Source: Nanobdellota archaeon (GTDB lineage Archaea; Nanobdellota; Nanobdellia; Woesearchaeales; GW2011-AR4). Taken from it: a DNA stretch of 15,616 nt. The stretch spans positions 1-15,616 of the forward strand of contig JBBSWH010000015.1 in NCBI GenBank assembly GCA_038046385.1, read 5' to 3'. Of the stretch, positions 1-8,573 are shown piece by piece; position 1 is the first letter of the stretch, and the number at the start of each line of letters is the position of its first letter. The translations under genes and the position numbers were made by a program. Under the pieces are notes generated by a model. It was not told where the DNA came from. It made no database searches and saw nothing but the letters and a program-made list of their open reading frames with translations.

Positions 1-1222
1 AAAATACTATTTAATAGACAGCGAAAATAAAGAAGCTTTTGTTGATACTACATTATTAAATAATAAAGGAGATGATTTTTATCATTCTTTGTATGTCAAA
101 GGTGGTTATTTTGACAAGTTTGAATTTTTAAAAACAAGATATGAAGACACTTACAATAACCTTATTGAAATTATAAATAAATTTTTAAGAAATAAAAGGA
201 AACCTTATTTGGAGATATTCTCAAATAATAAATTTAAGGAATTTGAAGAAAAGAACCTATTGCCTAAATTTAGCTCATTTGAAGAAAGCACAAAAAAGCC
301 AATTTATAAGGAAGTGGTGAGGGAAGTTATAGAGTTTGCTCCCTCTCTTGTATCAAGTAAATTTGCCAATGATGATCAAAGAAAAGTTTTGCTACAACTC
401 ATAAACAAGTTGTTAGATGATGAAAATTCAAGAAATGATTTATATGAAATATTGGAAGTGCTTGTTGATGATGAAAACAAGTATCTTTTGGAAGAATTAA
501 ATGAAAAGTTAAAAAAATATGGTTTGAAAAATATTTTAGGTTTAATAAAAACTATTGAAAGGAGAATTGAAATTATTAAACGACTTAAAAGCATGGTTGG
601 TGATGAAAAGGAATATTATTCTGAATCAGATTTGCAAAAAGAAATTGAAGAGCATTTTTGGATTTTTGGAGAGGAATATAATTTGATGATTGGGGCGGAA
701 GATGATGATTTTACTAAATTAAGGAAGTTGTATTATGAAAAAGTCAAAAAGATGAAAAAAGAAGAATATGAGGAACTCTTTGTTTCAAAAAAGCAAGTTG
801 ATTTATTTATTTGTGGAGTAGTCCCAGAAGGAAAGAAGAACAGAAATCTTATAGTTGAAATAAAAAAACCAAAAGAATATCTAAAAAAAGAACATTACAT
901 ACAAATAGATGATTATAAAGACATAATAATGGACATCCCAGAATTTAATTCTCCAGATAAAAATCATTGGGAGTTTATTTTGTTATATACCGATATTTCT
1001 AAAGAATACAAAACTTTTTTTGATGGAGAAATAGAAAACAAGCTTACGGGCTTAACAAAAGAAACCAATGCCTTTAAGATTTTTGTAGTAAAATGGGCTG
1101 ATTTGCTTGATGAAGTTGATTTTAGAATGAAATTCCTAAAAGAGAGATTGATTGAAAGAAAGAATAATAAAAAACCAAAAATACAAGAAGCTCATTTTTC
1201 TAAATATGAACAAAAAAATTAA
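1..1222 (+). CDS. 5'-truncated protein with C-terminal PD-(D/E)XK (Shedu/Mrr-like) nuclease domain; probably an ATP-binding GHKL/MORC-type ATPase-nuclease fusion
   Basis: Frame is open from position 2 (KYYLIDSENKEAFVDTTLLNNKGDDFYHSLYVKGGYFD...), so the true start is upstream of the window. C-terminal motifs: E-x2-LQK-x-IE-x-HFWIFGEEY, VDLFI, LIVEIKKP, QIDDY. The ATPase domain is not visible and is inferred from family resemblance. Confidence 0.7.
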   Translation, partial: KYYLIDSENKEAFVDTTLLNNKGDDFYHSLYVKGGYFDKFEFLKTRYEDTYNNLIEIINKFLRNKRKPYLEIFSNNKFKEFEEKNLLPKFSSFEESTKKPIYKEVVREVIEFAPSLVSSKFANDDQRKVLLQLINKLLDDENSRNDLYEILEVLVDDENKYLLEELNEKLKKYGLKNILGLIKTIERRIEIIKRLKSMVGDEKEYYSESDLQKEIEEHFWIFGEEYNLMIGAEDDDFTKLRKLYYEKVKKMKKEEYEELFVSKKQVDLFICGVVPEGKKNRNLIVEIKKPKEYLKKEHYIQIDDYKDIIMDIPEFNSPDKNHWEFILLYTDISKEYKTFFDGEIENKLTGLTKETNAFKIFVVKWADLLDEVDFRMKFLKERLIERKNNKKPKIQEAHFSKYEQKN

Positions 1223-1331
1223 TTTTTCTTCTTTTTGGACTATCTCAATAATGGCCTTTACAAAAATGGCAGATTATGGGGTTTTTTGATATCCACTCAT
1301 GCAATGAATAGCCCGAGAGTTAAGACTAACC

Positions 1332-1673
1332 TTACTTCAGACTATGGATAAGAAAATAAATGAAAGTTACTAAAAAGCAAGCTTGAATAAAAACATGAAA
1401 AAGAACCATCATTAGCCAATAATCACTATACCCTTTCTCTCGTCTTTCATTAATATTTTTAACAAAAACAGCAAATGTTTCATTTATAAACCAAGCAAGT
1501 ATACTATACAAAACACCAATAAAAGAAAATAATTGGACTTTGGCTTGAGATGCTACTATAACAGGAAGGAATAAAGATAATCCTAAGATAATTGAAGAAA
1601 GGGCAAAAATAGGTTTATAGAATACATCAAATTTAAGGTTTTTAAAAAATTCAGCTATAGCTCCCGATACCAT
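1332..1673 (-). CDS. Small membrane protein, about 3 TM helices, hypothetical
   Basis: 113-aa ORF with three hydrophobic stretches; TATA-like TTTTATAA about 25 nt upstream on the minus strand. Confidence 0.7.
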   Translation of the reverse strand: MVSGAIAEFFKNLKFDVFYKPIFALSSIILGLSLFLPVIVASQAKVQLFSFIGVLYSILAWFINETFAVFVKNINERREKGYSDYWLMMVLFHVFIQACFLVTFIYFLIHSLK

Positions 1674-1794
1674 AAATTCGCAATAAGAGGGGTGAGCTTA
1701 TAAAATTTGCCTAAAGATTCATTCTTTTTAGTTACTTATTGGTAAAGCTTAAGGGTGTCAAAGATAAGATTAATTAATATAGTAACTTAGGCTA

Positions 1795-2259
1795 TTATTT
1801 TCGATTTTTGATATCTTCAATTTCATATTTATATATTATAATTTGGTTATTCTTTGCTTGCTCAAGTTTTTTTAGTAAAGAAACTGAAACATTACCTGTT
1901 GGAGTTTGAATTTTTTTGTTTTTAGATAATTCTGCAGGGAAAACTATAATATTGTGCCTAGTTATAAATGCAAAATATGGTTTAAACCCCCAAATTTTGG
2001 ATATTTTTTTCAATTTTTTGTAATCTTTTTTAAGGTTTTTTGACCAAGAATTGCGGGTTTGAGTCTTTACACTAATAGCGATGTTTCTTTTTTTTGAAAA
2101 TGTTTTTCCATTGATATCTTTTACAACCAAGTCAAATCCAGCAGTTCTAGCCATTATTACATGCATATTTTTCTTAACTAGCCGATAGGCAAGAAGAGAT
2201 TCTCCAAATTCTCCAGAAATTAAAACATCTTCTCCAATATTGGTATGAAATTTGACCAT
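1795..2259 (-). CDS. PD-(D/E)XK restriction-endonuclease-like / Hjc-like nuclease
   Basis: Motifs GEFGE (helix E), GFDLVV (D) and IAISVKT (x-x-K, Ser in place of E/Q); basic 154 aa; TTTATATA about 23 nt upstream. Confidence 0.7.
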   Translation of the reverse strand: MVKFHTNIGEDVLISGEFGESLLAYRLVKKNMHVIMARTAGFDLVVKDINGKTFSKKRNIAISVKTQTRNSWSKNLKKDYKKLKKISKIWGFKPYFAFITRHNIIVFPAELSKNKKIQTPTGNVSVSLLKKLEQAKNNQIIIYKYEIEDIKNRK

Positions 2260-2373
2260 ATAATAAGTTTGTTACATCATCTATATAAAAATTGCTCAAA
2301 TTTAAAGGTTATTGTTTGTTTAATACTCGGCAACCCCGCACATTTTATATAATACCTCTTCCAGAACGCAATT

Positions 2374-3252
2374 ATGGAATATATAGCAGGTTTACCGAGC
2401 ATCATCTCTTTCGTTATAGCTTTCATCGTTCTATTAATCGGTTCAATCACCGACTTAAAAACAAGAGAAGTGCCTGACTGGGTAAACTACGGCTTAATAA
2501 TAAGTGGAATTGGATTAAACCTGCTCTTCTCCATAATCCTTAACGATAAATCTTACATAATAAACAGCATCGTAGGATTATCAATCTTCTTCGGAATTGC
2601 GTACTTTATGTTCTACGCCGGACAATGGGGCGGGGGAGACTCTAAAATGCTCATGGGACTGGGTGCAATGATTGGAATCAACTTCGAAGGCTCGCAATTC
2701 CTATTCGGATTCCTAATAAATGCATTAATCATCGGCGCATTCTACGGCATTTTCTGGAGCTTTTACCTGGCGTTAAGAGATAAAAAGGCATTCACAAAGG
2801 AATTAAAACGTATTTTATCAAAACAAAACGTAATGGAATGGAAAAAGGTCATTTTAACAGGATGCGCAATAGCATTAATATCTTCTTTTTTTATAGGAAT
2901 AGTTTACGTAAGAATTGCAATCTTATCTGTTGCGTTCATGGTATTAACAACATTCTACGTATGGATATTTGTCAAGTCAATTGAAAAATCATCAATGTAT
3001 AGATTAGTAGAACCGTACAAATTAACAGAAGGAGACTGGATTGTAAAGGATGTTTACATCGGAAAGACAAGGATAACCGGCCCAAAGGATCTGGGGATAG
3101 AGAAAAAAAATATTAAAATATTAATAGAAGCATATAAGAAAAGAAAAATCGGGAAGATTTTGATAAAAGAAGGAATTCCGTTCGTGCCGAGCTTTTTCAT
3201 AGCATATATCCTTACGTTTATTATAGGGAATCCTATTTGGCTTTTGTTTTAG
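2374..3252 (+). CDS. Prepilin/preflagellin peptidase, family A24 (FlaK/PibD/EppA-like)
   Basis: Catalytic Asp motifs DLKTREVPD and GGGDSK, many TM helices, C-terminal LTEGDWI...EGIPFVP; TTTTATATA about 25 nt upstream. Confidence 0.93.
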   Translation: MEYIAGLPSIISFVIAFIVLLIGSITDLKTREVPDWVNYGLIISGIGLNLLFSIILNDKSYIINSIVGLSIFFGIAYFMFYAGQWGGGDSKMLMGLGAMIGINFEGSQFLFGFLINALIIGAFYGIFWSFYLALRDKKAFTKELKRILSKQNVMEWKKVILTGCAIALISSFFIGIVYVRIAILSVAFMVLTTFYVWIFVKSIEKSSMYRLVEPYKLTEGDWIVKDVYIGKTRITGPKDLGIEKKNIKILIEAYKKRKIGKILIKEGIPFVPSFFIAYILTFIIGNPIWLLF

Positions 3253-3360
3253 TTTTGCCATCGTTCGCATTAAATGTAGAATTAAATTGCAAAATTCTCT
3301 CTGGAACTCCGAATTTTGCTTTATTGTTTGATAGAAAATGCTCACATAGTGATGGCAAAA
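3253..3360. repeat. Nested inverted repeats between convergent genes (terminator or MITE-like)
   Basis: TTTTGCCATC (3253-3262) / GATGGCAAAA (3351-3360) enclose GCAAAATTC (3289-3297) / GAATTTTGC (3311-3319). Confidence 0.55.
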
Positions 3361-3395
3361 ATGGTGTTCTCAACAAAACTGATTAAAGTATCCTT

Positions 3396-3716
3396 CTAAG
3401 CTTCAACTTCCTTAGAAAGCAGTTTTTCTGTTTCGAGCTTTGTTATGACATTGTCCATCTTTATAAGCTCTTTTACCCAGACATTTTTTGTATTAAGCTT
3501 GAACAGCTTGGCATTTCCTATCTTTCTTGTAAGAATGACTATCTCTTTTTTGGTTAACTGTGCCCATATTTCTGAGAAGGCTGTCCATCCCACTCCGGAA
3601 TTCTTGGCTATTTCTGTCATGCTGTAGTCCATATCCCTCCCTTCTATCAAAAAGTCCAGCACCCTGATTAGAGGGTAATCTCCAAAATATTCCGCAAACA
3701 CGCTTTTTTCTTCCAT
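3396..3716 (-). CDS. Winged helix-turn-helix protein
   Basis: RVLDFLI...DYSMTEIAKNSGVGWTAF...L...IVILTRKIGNAKLFKLN wHTH pattern. Confidence 0.85.
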   Translation of the reverse strand: MEEKSVFAEYFGDYPLIRVLDFLIEGRDMDYSMTEIAKNSGVGWTAFSEIWAQLTKKEIVILTRKIGNAKLFKLNTKNVWVKELIKMDNVITKLETEKLLSKEVEA

Positions 3717-3738
3717 ACTTATGCAATAAGTAGGGTAC

Positions 3739-3794
3739 TATTTAAACATTTCTATTTTTGATAGTCATGGTTCATAAAAAGAAAACTATAAATA
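3739..3794. promoter_or_regulatory. Back-to-back archaeal TATA boxes for divergent, probably leaderless genes
   Basis: Minus TTTAAATA (3746-3739) about 23 nt before ATG 3716; plus GAAAAC-TATAAATA (3781-3794) about 25 nt before ATG 3820. Confidence 0.6.
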
Positions 3795-3819
3795 TGAGTG
3801 CTCCCTTTTAGAGTTTGTT

Positions 3820-4074
3820 ATGGATGAAAATCTGATTATAAAAAAGTTTATTGTCAGGAAGCTTTATAGGAAAAGAATGTGGCTGCATAAGCATACTAAC
3901 ATCAACAACCTTTCAAAAGGACTGTCTAATGAATTAAGGGTTTCAAGAGAGGTTAAGAAAGCCATAGAAGAACTTCTTAAAGAGCAAATATTATTGTCAA
4001 AGCCAACTCATTATGGATTGGAAGTAAGCCTGAATCCTAAAAAGATAAAAGAAATTGAGGAACTAATACAATAA
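3820..4074 (+). CDS. Small basic hypothetical protein, probably wHTH-like
   Basis: 84 aa, W-x2-KHT...L-x-KG...KPTHYG-x2-VSLNP; has its own TATA box. Confidence 0.75.
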   Translation: MDENLIIKKFIVRKLYRKRMWLHKHTNINNLSKGLSNELRVSREVKKAIEELLKEQILLSKPTHYGLEVSLNPKKIKEIEELIQ

Positions 4075-4075
4075 T

Positions 4076-4600
4076 TCAAGGTATCCTTCTCATCTGATTT
4101 GAAAAGTATTCATCCTCTTCAGGGGAAAATGATGCTTGTTTAACAGCAGGAATGCGAGGCTTTCTATCGGGTTTTTGCACTGCAACATTGCGAGTTTGGT
4201 CTTTTAATTTCAATTCGACTGTTGACATTTCTTCTTCTGTCAGCTGCTTTGGAGCCCATTGCAGATTAACGCCATCATTATCTTTACGAGGTATAACATT
4301 TATCGTAAAGTGCGCAACTGTCTGGCCAGCTGGAATGCCGTTTGAAACAAAGATATTCGTGCCTTGCGCTCCAAGATTTTCAAATATTGCGCTTGATATT
4401 TTATTTGCAACCTGAAAGAGTTTAGCCAACTCCGCATCTGGAACCTGTTCCATTATCGGATAATGGTTTTTTGGCAGGATAAAGCAATGTCCGGGATTTG
4501 CTCCGTTAACATCAAGCACTGCCAATATTAAGTCATCTTCATAAACTTTCTTTGATGGAATGCTTCCAGCTGCTATTTGGCAAACAATGCAGTTGCTCAT
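4076..4600 (-). CDS. HIT family protein with degenerate histidine triad
   Basis: CIVCQI, VYEDD, LDVNGANPGH, PKNH, GQTVAHFTINVIPR; ATGA-type overlap with the upstream paralog. Confidence 0.9.
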   Translation of the reverse strand: MSNCIVCQIAAGSIPSKKVYEDDLILAVLDVNGANPGHCFILPKNHYPIMEQVPDAELAKLFQVANKISSAIFENLGAQGTNIFVSNGIPAGQTVAHFTINVIPRKDNDGVNLQWAPKQLTEEEMSTVELKLKDQTRNVAVQKPDRKPRIPAVKQASFSPEEDEYFSNQMRRIP

Positions 4601-5268
4601 TTTACACCCAGAATCCTTGAAATGTCATCAAGGTCTATGCTTTCTTTTTTTGGTGAAGGCTCTTTTTGCAACTCTTCGATTTGCTGTTGCGGTGGCAGTG
4701 GAGGTGGGATTGCTTCTTTAGGTGTAGGCATCTTTGGTTGTGGAGTTGGAGAATGTTCCTTCTCTACCGGCATTCCAAGCGCAACTGCTAATTTATCGCC
4801 AATTAAATCAATCTGCGCCTGATCCATTGATTTCTGCGGAAGAACAAAGTTTAAACCGTCATTTTCTTTGCGGGGAATAATATGAAGCATGAAATGCTGC
4901 GCTCTTTGGCCGGCGGCAATTCCATTTGCTGCTATTATATTAGTGCCTTGAGCATCTATAGACCTTAAAATAGAATTTGACAACTGCTTTGCAGCCAAAA
5001 ACAAATGCGCGATATCTTCATCCGGAATCTGAGGCATTATGGAATAATGCTCTTTCGGAAGCAATAATATATGTCCCGGATTGGCCGGATTGATATCAAG
5101 GATTGCAATAACATTTTCATCATCATAAACTTTCTTTGTCTGTATCTTTCCAGCAACTATTTGGCAGAAGATGCACTGCTTTTTCTGAAAATCCTTTAAT
5201 TCTTCAGGAGACATTTGCTTTATTTTCTCCTGCAAGGCATTTATCTGCTCCTGAGTCATTTCTGCCAT
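4597..5268 (-). CDS. HIT family protein with degenerate triad, N-terminal helical extension and Pro-rich C-tail
   Basis: CIFCQI, LDINPANPGH, PKEH, GQRAQHFMLHIIPR; GGGGG RBS-like sequence upstream. Confidence 0.9.
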   Translation of the reverse strand: MAEMTQEQINALQEKIKQMSPEELKDFQKKQCIFCQIVAGKIQTKKVYDDENVIAILDINPANPGHILLLPKEHYSIMPQIPDEDIAHLFLAAKQLSNSILRSIDAQGTNIIAANGIAAGQRAQHFMLHIIPRKENDGLNFVLPQKSMDQAQIDLIGDKLAVALGMPVEKEHSPTPQPKMPTPKEAIPPPLPPQQQIEELQKEPSPKKESIDLDDISRILGVK

Positions 5269-5269
5269 T

Positions 5270-5359
5270 TTATTTTGCCCCCGGCTTGTTTTTATTGGAA
5301 TTTCCTGCTGCTAAAATGGCTGAAATTACGAACGATAGTGAGATTATTTGTTCTGCCAT
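5270..5359 (-). CDS. Possible 29-aa upstream ORF (MAEQIISLSFVISAILAAGNSNKNKPGAK)
   Basis: Manual translation; fills the gap between the 5366 stop and the HIT ATG at 5268 and shares the start context AAAATGGCAGAA with the HIT gene. Confidence 0.3.
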   Translation of the reverse strand: MAEQIISLSFVISAILAAGNSNKNKPGAK

Positions 5360-5365
5360 TTTGTT

Positions 5366-6343
5366 TTAATCCCTGTTGTTATGCTGGCTTATGCCTTCCA
5401 TTTCCTTCGCAACATAAAGCCCGTCAAAACTGTCTGTACATTGCTTGGTTAACTGCTTATTAAGGGTGTAAGATAAGGTTTTTTTGCCGATAAGCTCATC
5501 AAAACTCCAGATTATCATTTGATTATTTTTTACTATTATCTGTGCGCCATCACCTATTTTTTCACCAAGGTAATCACTTAACTTGTCAACACAGCCTGTA
5601 GGTATTGACTCATAATAAACAAAATTCTTTAGTTTGATGCCATTCTTCACCTTTATTTTTATCTCTACTTTTGTTTTCTGGCTTTTTGATGTGTCAATTT
5701 GCCTAGACACAGAATCTAGATTGCTTTTAGCAAGTTCGTGTTGCGGCCTTGCCTCTGCTTCGTCGTTAGGGCAGCCCGTACACGCTCCACCACCTGCATC
5801 CATTATTGAAGTTAATCCTTCTTCTGTTACAATGACTGGCTTGAAAGTGCATTCCGGCTGATTTGGATCGGCTTCAACTGCCACAGAAGTTCCTTTGCCT
5901 TCAATTGAAAATGCTATCTTCTCAAACTTCGGGACAAAACAGATGTAATAAGGATTCTGCATGTCTAGGTTTCCTGCATAAAACGATGAAGCGATGTCGC
6001 TGTTTTTGATAAGATAAACGTTGTCCCTTGTCTTGTTTTTAACAGCTTCTTCAAGTATAGGCATGTCGCTGAAGAAATCTTCGTTTATTTCCTTAGTATG
6101 GTCAAAAAGAAGTATCTGCTCGACATTACACGGCGTCTGGAATGATCTTGATTCTTTTTCTCCGTATCTTAATTCTTTGTCCAATCCCTTAATGTCAATT
6201 TCAAACTTTGAAAACTCTGTGCTGCAGGAGCTTCCCCTGACTGCGTTTATTATCTTGTAGCCTACAAACAGTATCATCACGGAGAAAACAGCAATAAGCG
6301 CGTACTTGAAAACCTCTCCGATTATCTGGGATTTTTTATCCAT
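5366..6343 (-). CDS. Type IV pilin-like surface protein with class III signal peptide
   Basis: N-terminus MDKKS|QIIGE followed by a hydrophobic helix (Q+1, E+5 pattern); several Cys; beta-rich C-terminal domain. Confidence 0.75.
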   Translation of the reverse strand: MDKKSQIIGEVFKYALIAVFSVMILFVGYKIINAVRGSSCSTEFSKFEIDIKGLDKELRYGEKESRSFQTPCNVEQILLFDHTKEINEDFFSDMPILEEAVKNKTRDNVYLIKNSDIASSFYAGNLDMQNPYYICFVPKFEKIAFSIEGKGTSVAVEADPNQPECTFKPVIVTEEGLTSIMDAGGGACTGCPNDEAEARPQHELAKSNLDSVSRQIDTSKSQKTKVEIKIKVKNGIKLKNFVYYESIPTGCVDKLSDYLGEKIGDGAQIIVKNNQMIIWSFDELIGKKTLSYTLNKQLTKQCTDSFDGLYVAKEMEGISQHNNRD

Positions 6344-6397
6344 GGCGCATAACTGAAATGTAAGTTATTTAAATCTTGTGCAATAAATACACGTAAA

Positions 6398-7180
6398 ATG
6401 ACTAAATTAGTGCTGGATTTGACGAAAAGCATAGATGAGAACGCCACTGTTTACTTTGAAAAAGCCAAGAAGATAAAAAGGAAGATAGAAGGCGCAGAAA
6501 AGGCCTTAGAAAGCAATCTAAAGAAGTTAAAAGAATTGGAAGCAAAGCGCGATAAATTCCTTGAAAAAACAAAAAAAGAAAAGTCTGACAGAAAAAAAGA
6601 GTGGTACGAAAAATTCAGATGGTTCACAAGCTCTGAAGGGTTTCTCATAATTGGAGGACGCGATGCAACATCAAACGAAATCGTCATCAAAAAGCACACT
6701 GATGCGAATGATTTAGTATTCCACACAGACATGGCCGGTTCTCCATTTTTTGTAATAAAAACGGAAGGGAAAGGTGTCAGTGAAAAAACAAAGGAAGAGG
6801 TTGCAGACGCAACGTGCACTTTCAGCAGGGCATGGAAATTGGGACTGCAAACGACTTCTGTTTTTTACGCCAATCCTGACCAGATAAGCAAAAAGACAAA
6901 ATCAGGCGAATATATGGGCAAGGGAGCATTCATGGTCTATGGCAAAACAATTCATGTGAACAACAAACTGAATCTTGCTGTTGGGATGAACAAAAACAAT
7001 CAGATAATGTCGGGCCCATTGGAAGCAATAAAAGCCCATTGCGAAAAGTATGCAATTATAGAACAAGGCACGGAAAAGGCAAGCAACATAGGAAAGATAT
7101 TAAGGCATAAATTAGGCGGAGAGCTGGACGAGATAATAAGAGCGCTGCCGTCAGGCGGATTCAAAATTTCCAAGCATTAA
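6398..7180 (+). CDS. NFACT RNA-binding domain protein (DUF814; short Rqc2/RqcH-like)
   Basis: ENATVYFEKAKK coiled coil, WYEKFRWF-x-SSEGFLIIGGRDATSNE, FHTDMAGSPF, SGEYMGKGAFMVYG. Confidence 0.92.
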   Translation: MTKLVLDLTKSIDENATVYFEKAKKIKRKIEGAEKALESNLKKLKELEAKRDKFLEKTKKEKSDRKKEWYEKFRWFTSSEGFLIIGGRDATSNEIVIKKHTDANDLVFHTDMAGSPFFVIKTEGKGVSEKTKEEVADATCTFSRAWKLGLQTTSVFYANPDQISKKTKSGEYMGKGAFMVYGKTIHVNNKLNLAVGMNKNNQIMSGPLEAIKAHCEKYAIIEQGTEKASNIGKILRHKLGGELDEIIRALPSGGFKISKH

Positions 7181-7184
7181 AATT

Positions 7185-8531
7185 CTATTCTGAGTCTTTG
7201 TCCCGTATTAAATAAATTCTGAATCCTAATGCTAAAACCAGCAATAAGAAGGCTGCTATAATCGCGTGGTTAATTGCAGGATTTTGTATTCTTGTAAGTT
7301 TTTGAATCTGAGGGAGTCTTCCTTCCCTTACTGCGTCCACTAGCTCATTTGTAATTTCCATAACTGCAGAGACATCTTTCTTGATTACTTCAATTTCAAC
7401 ATTAATCTCTTTCTGAACATTAGTAGATTTGGCAATGATTTTTCCGCTGTATTTTCCAATTTCATTTTCGGAAGGGTCAAATGTAAATTTCACAGTCTTG
7501 CTTTGCCCGCGGCTAATCTCAAAGTTACTCTCGCTTATTGCAATAAACTTCTCAAGGCCTTCCAGAGTGATTGAGATGCGCAGCGGGGATTCTCCTGTGT
7601 TTATGACAGTAAACTCCCTGGTTAATATCTCCTCATTAAAAGCTGTTGAACGTATAGATTCAGGGCTCACTTCAAAAGCTTCCTGGAAAGGCTGAATAAT
7701 TCCACCGCCGCCTCCGCCGCCTCCCCCTCCTCCACTGGATCCGCCATTTGATGCAGGTTCTGCTTCGACAGGTGTTTCTTCTGATGAATAAGTGCTCCAT
7801 TGGCTTACGCTAAATACAAACCTCCCGCCTGAATAAGCTATTTTTGTGCATATGCTGCCCGGGCATACACTGCCGTCCCTTAATATTCTAGGATTCGAGA
7901 AAGTCAGTCCAACAAGCTGCAGGACTGCAGACTTATTCAAAGAAGGGGCTGCGCTCGAGTCAACCCTTATTCTGTTTTGTGATATGTTGATATAGCTGTT
8001 CAGGTCCAAATCCTGGCTTATATCCACATCCTGGCTGAAATTTATTTTCCCGTAAGTTGTGATTTCAACAACAAAATTTGTTATGTTCCTGACATCAACT
8101 AAAGACAGGTTTGTAGTAGAGCCGTTAAAGCCGGAAAATGAATTTATGTAAACTGTTCTGCTTGGCCCACTTCCAACAAACCCAAAGCTGTCTGTGCAGT
8201 TGATGCTCCAGTTGTAGGGCCCAAGCGGGGAATTGTTCAGCTCAAAAAAAACAGCAGTGGATTGCGGAATAAGAGTGAGATTTGTCGAATTAAGCATGTT
8301 GTTGACTATGAAAGAGCAGTTGCTTATGGCGCTTTCATCGCTTGCATTGTAATAAAATGAAAGGTTTCCGTAGCTGCCTGCAGAATTATTGAATGGGGAA
8401 ATCAAACTGATTACTGGTCCGGTGCTGTCTGTTATTTGCAGCCCAATGCCTACACTTTGGCCATTGGCAAATTTAGAAGGGAATATCATTATTGCCAACA
8501 GCAATAAAAAAAAGATTATCCATTTTTTCAT
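7185..8531 (-). CDS. Membrane-anchored surface glycoprotein with Ig-like domains and poly-Gly linker
   Basis: Signal peptide; GPVISLISP...YNWSINCTDSFG Ig-like unit; many N-x-S/T sequons; SSGGGGGGGGGGG linker; FTVINTGESPL domain; C-terminal TM helix. Confidence 0.85.
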   Translation of the reverse strand: MKKWIIFFLLLLAIMIFPSKFANGQSVGIGLQITDSTGPVISLISPFNNSAGSYGNLSFYYNASDESAISNCSFIVNNMLNSTNLTLIPQSTAVFFELNNSPLGPYNWSINCTDSFGFVGSGPSRTVYINSFSGFNGSTTNLSLVDVRNITNFVVEITTYGKINFSQDVDISQDLDLNSYINISQNRIRVDSSAAPSLNKSAVLQLVGLTFSNPRILRDGSVCPGSICTKIAYSGGRFVFSVSQWSTYSSEETPVEAEPASNGGSSGGGGGGGGGGGIIQPFQEAFEVSPESIRSTAFNEEILTREFTVINTGESPLRISITLEGLEKFIAISESNFEISRGQSKTVKFTFDPSENEIGKYSGKIIAKSTNVQKEINVEIEVIKKDVSAVMEITNELVDAVREGRLPQIQKLTRIQNPAINHAIIAAFLLLVLALGFRIYLIRDKDSE

Positions 8532-8573
8532 TAAAGTATCAAACCAGCATATTTGTTTAATTATTTTTCTGTT

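Noticed and set aside
1671-1692. Similarity of CCATA-n5-GCAATAAG-AGGG to the region upstream of the wHTH gene (3713-3735)
   Set aside because: Too short and only two instances; cannot be separated from chance
3121-3345. 74-aa minus-strand ORF
   Set aside because: Overlaps the peptidase antisense and runs through the inverted repeats; no motif
7702-7748. GC-rich CCN run as a possible regulatory or G-quadruplex element
   Set aside because: Fully explained by the poly-Gly linker codons
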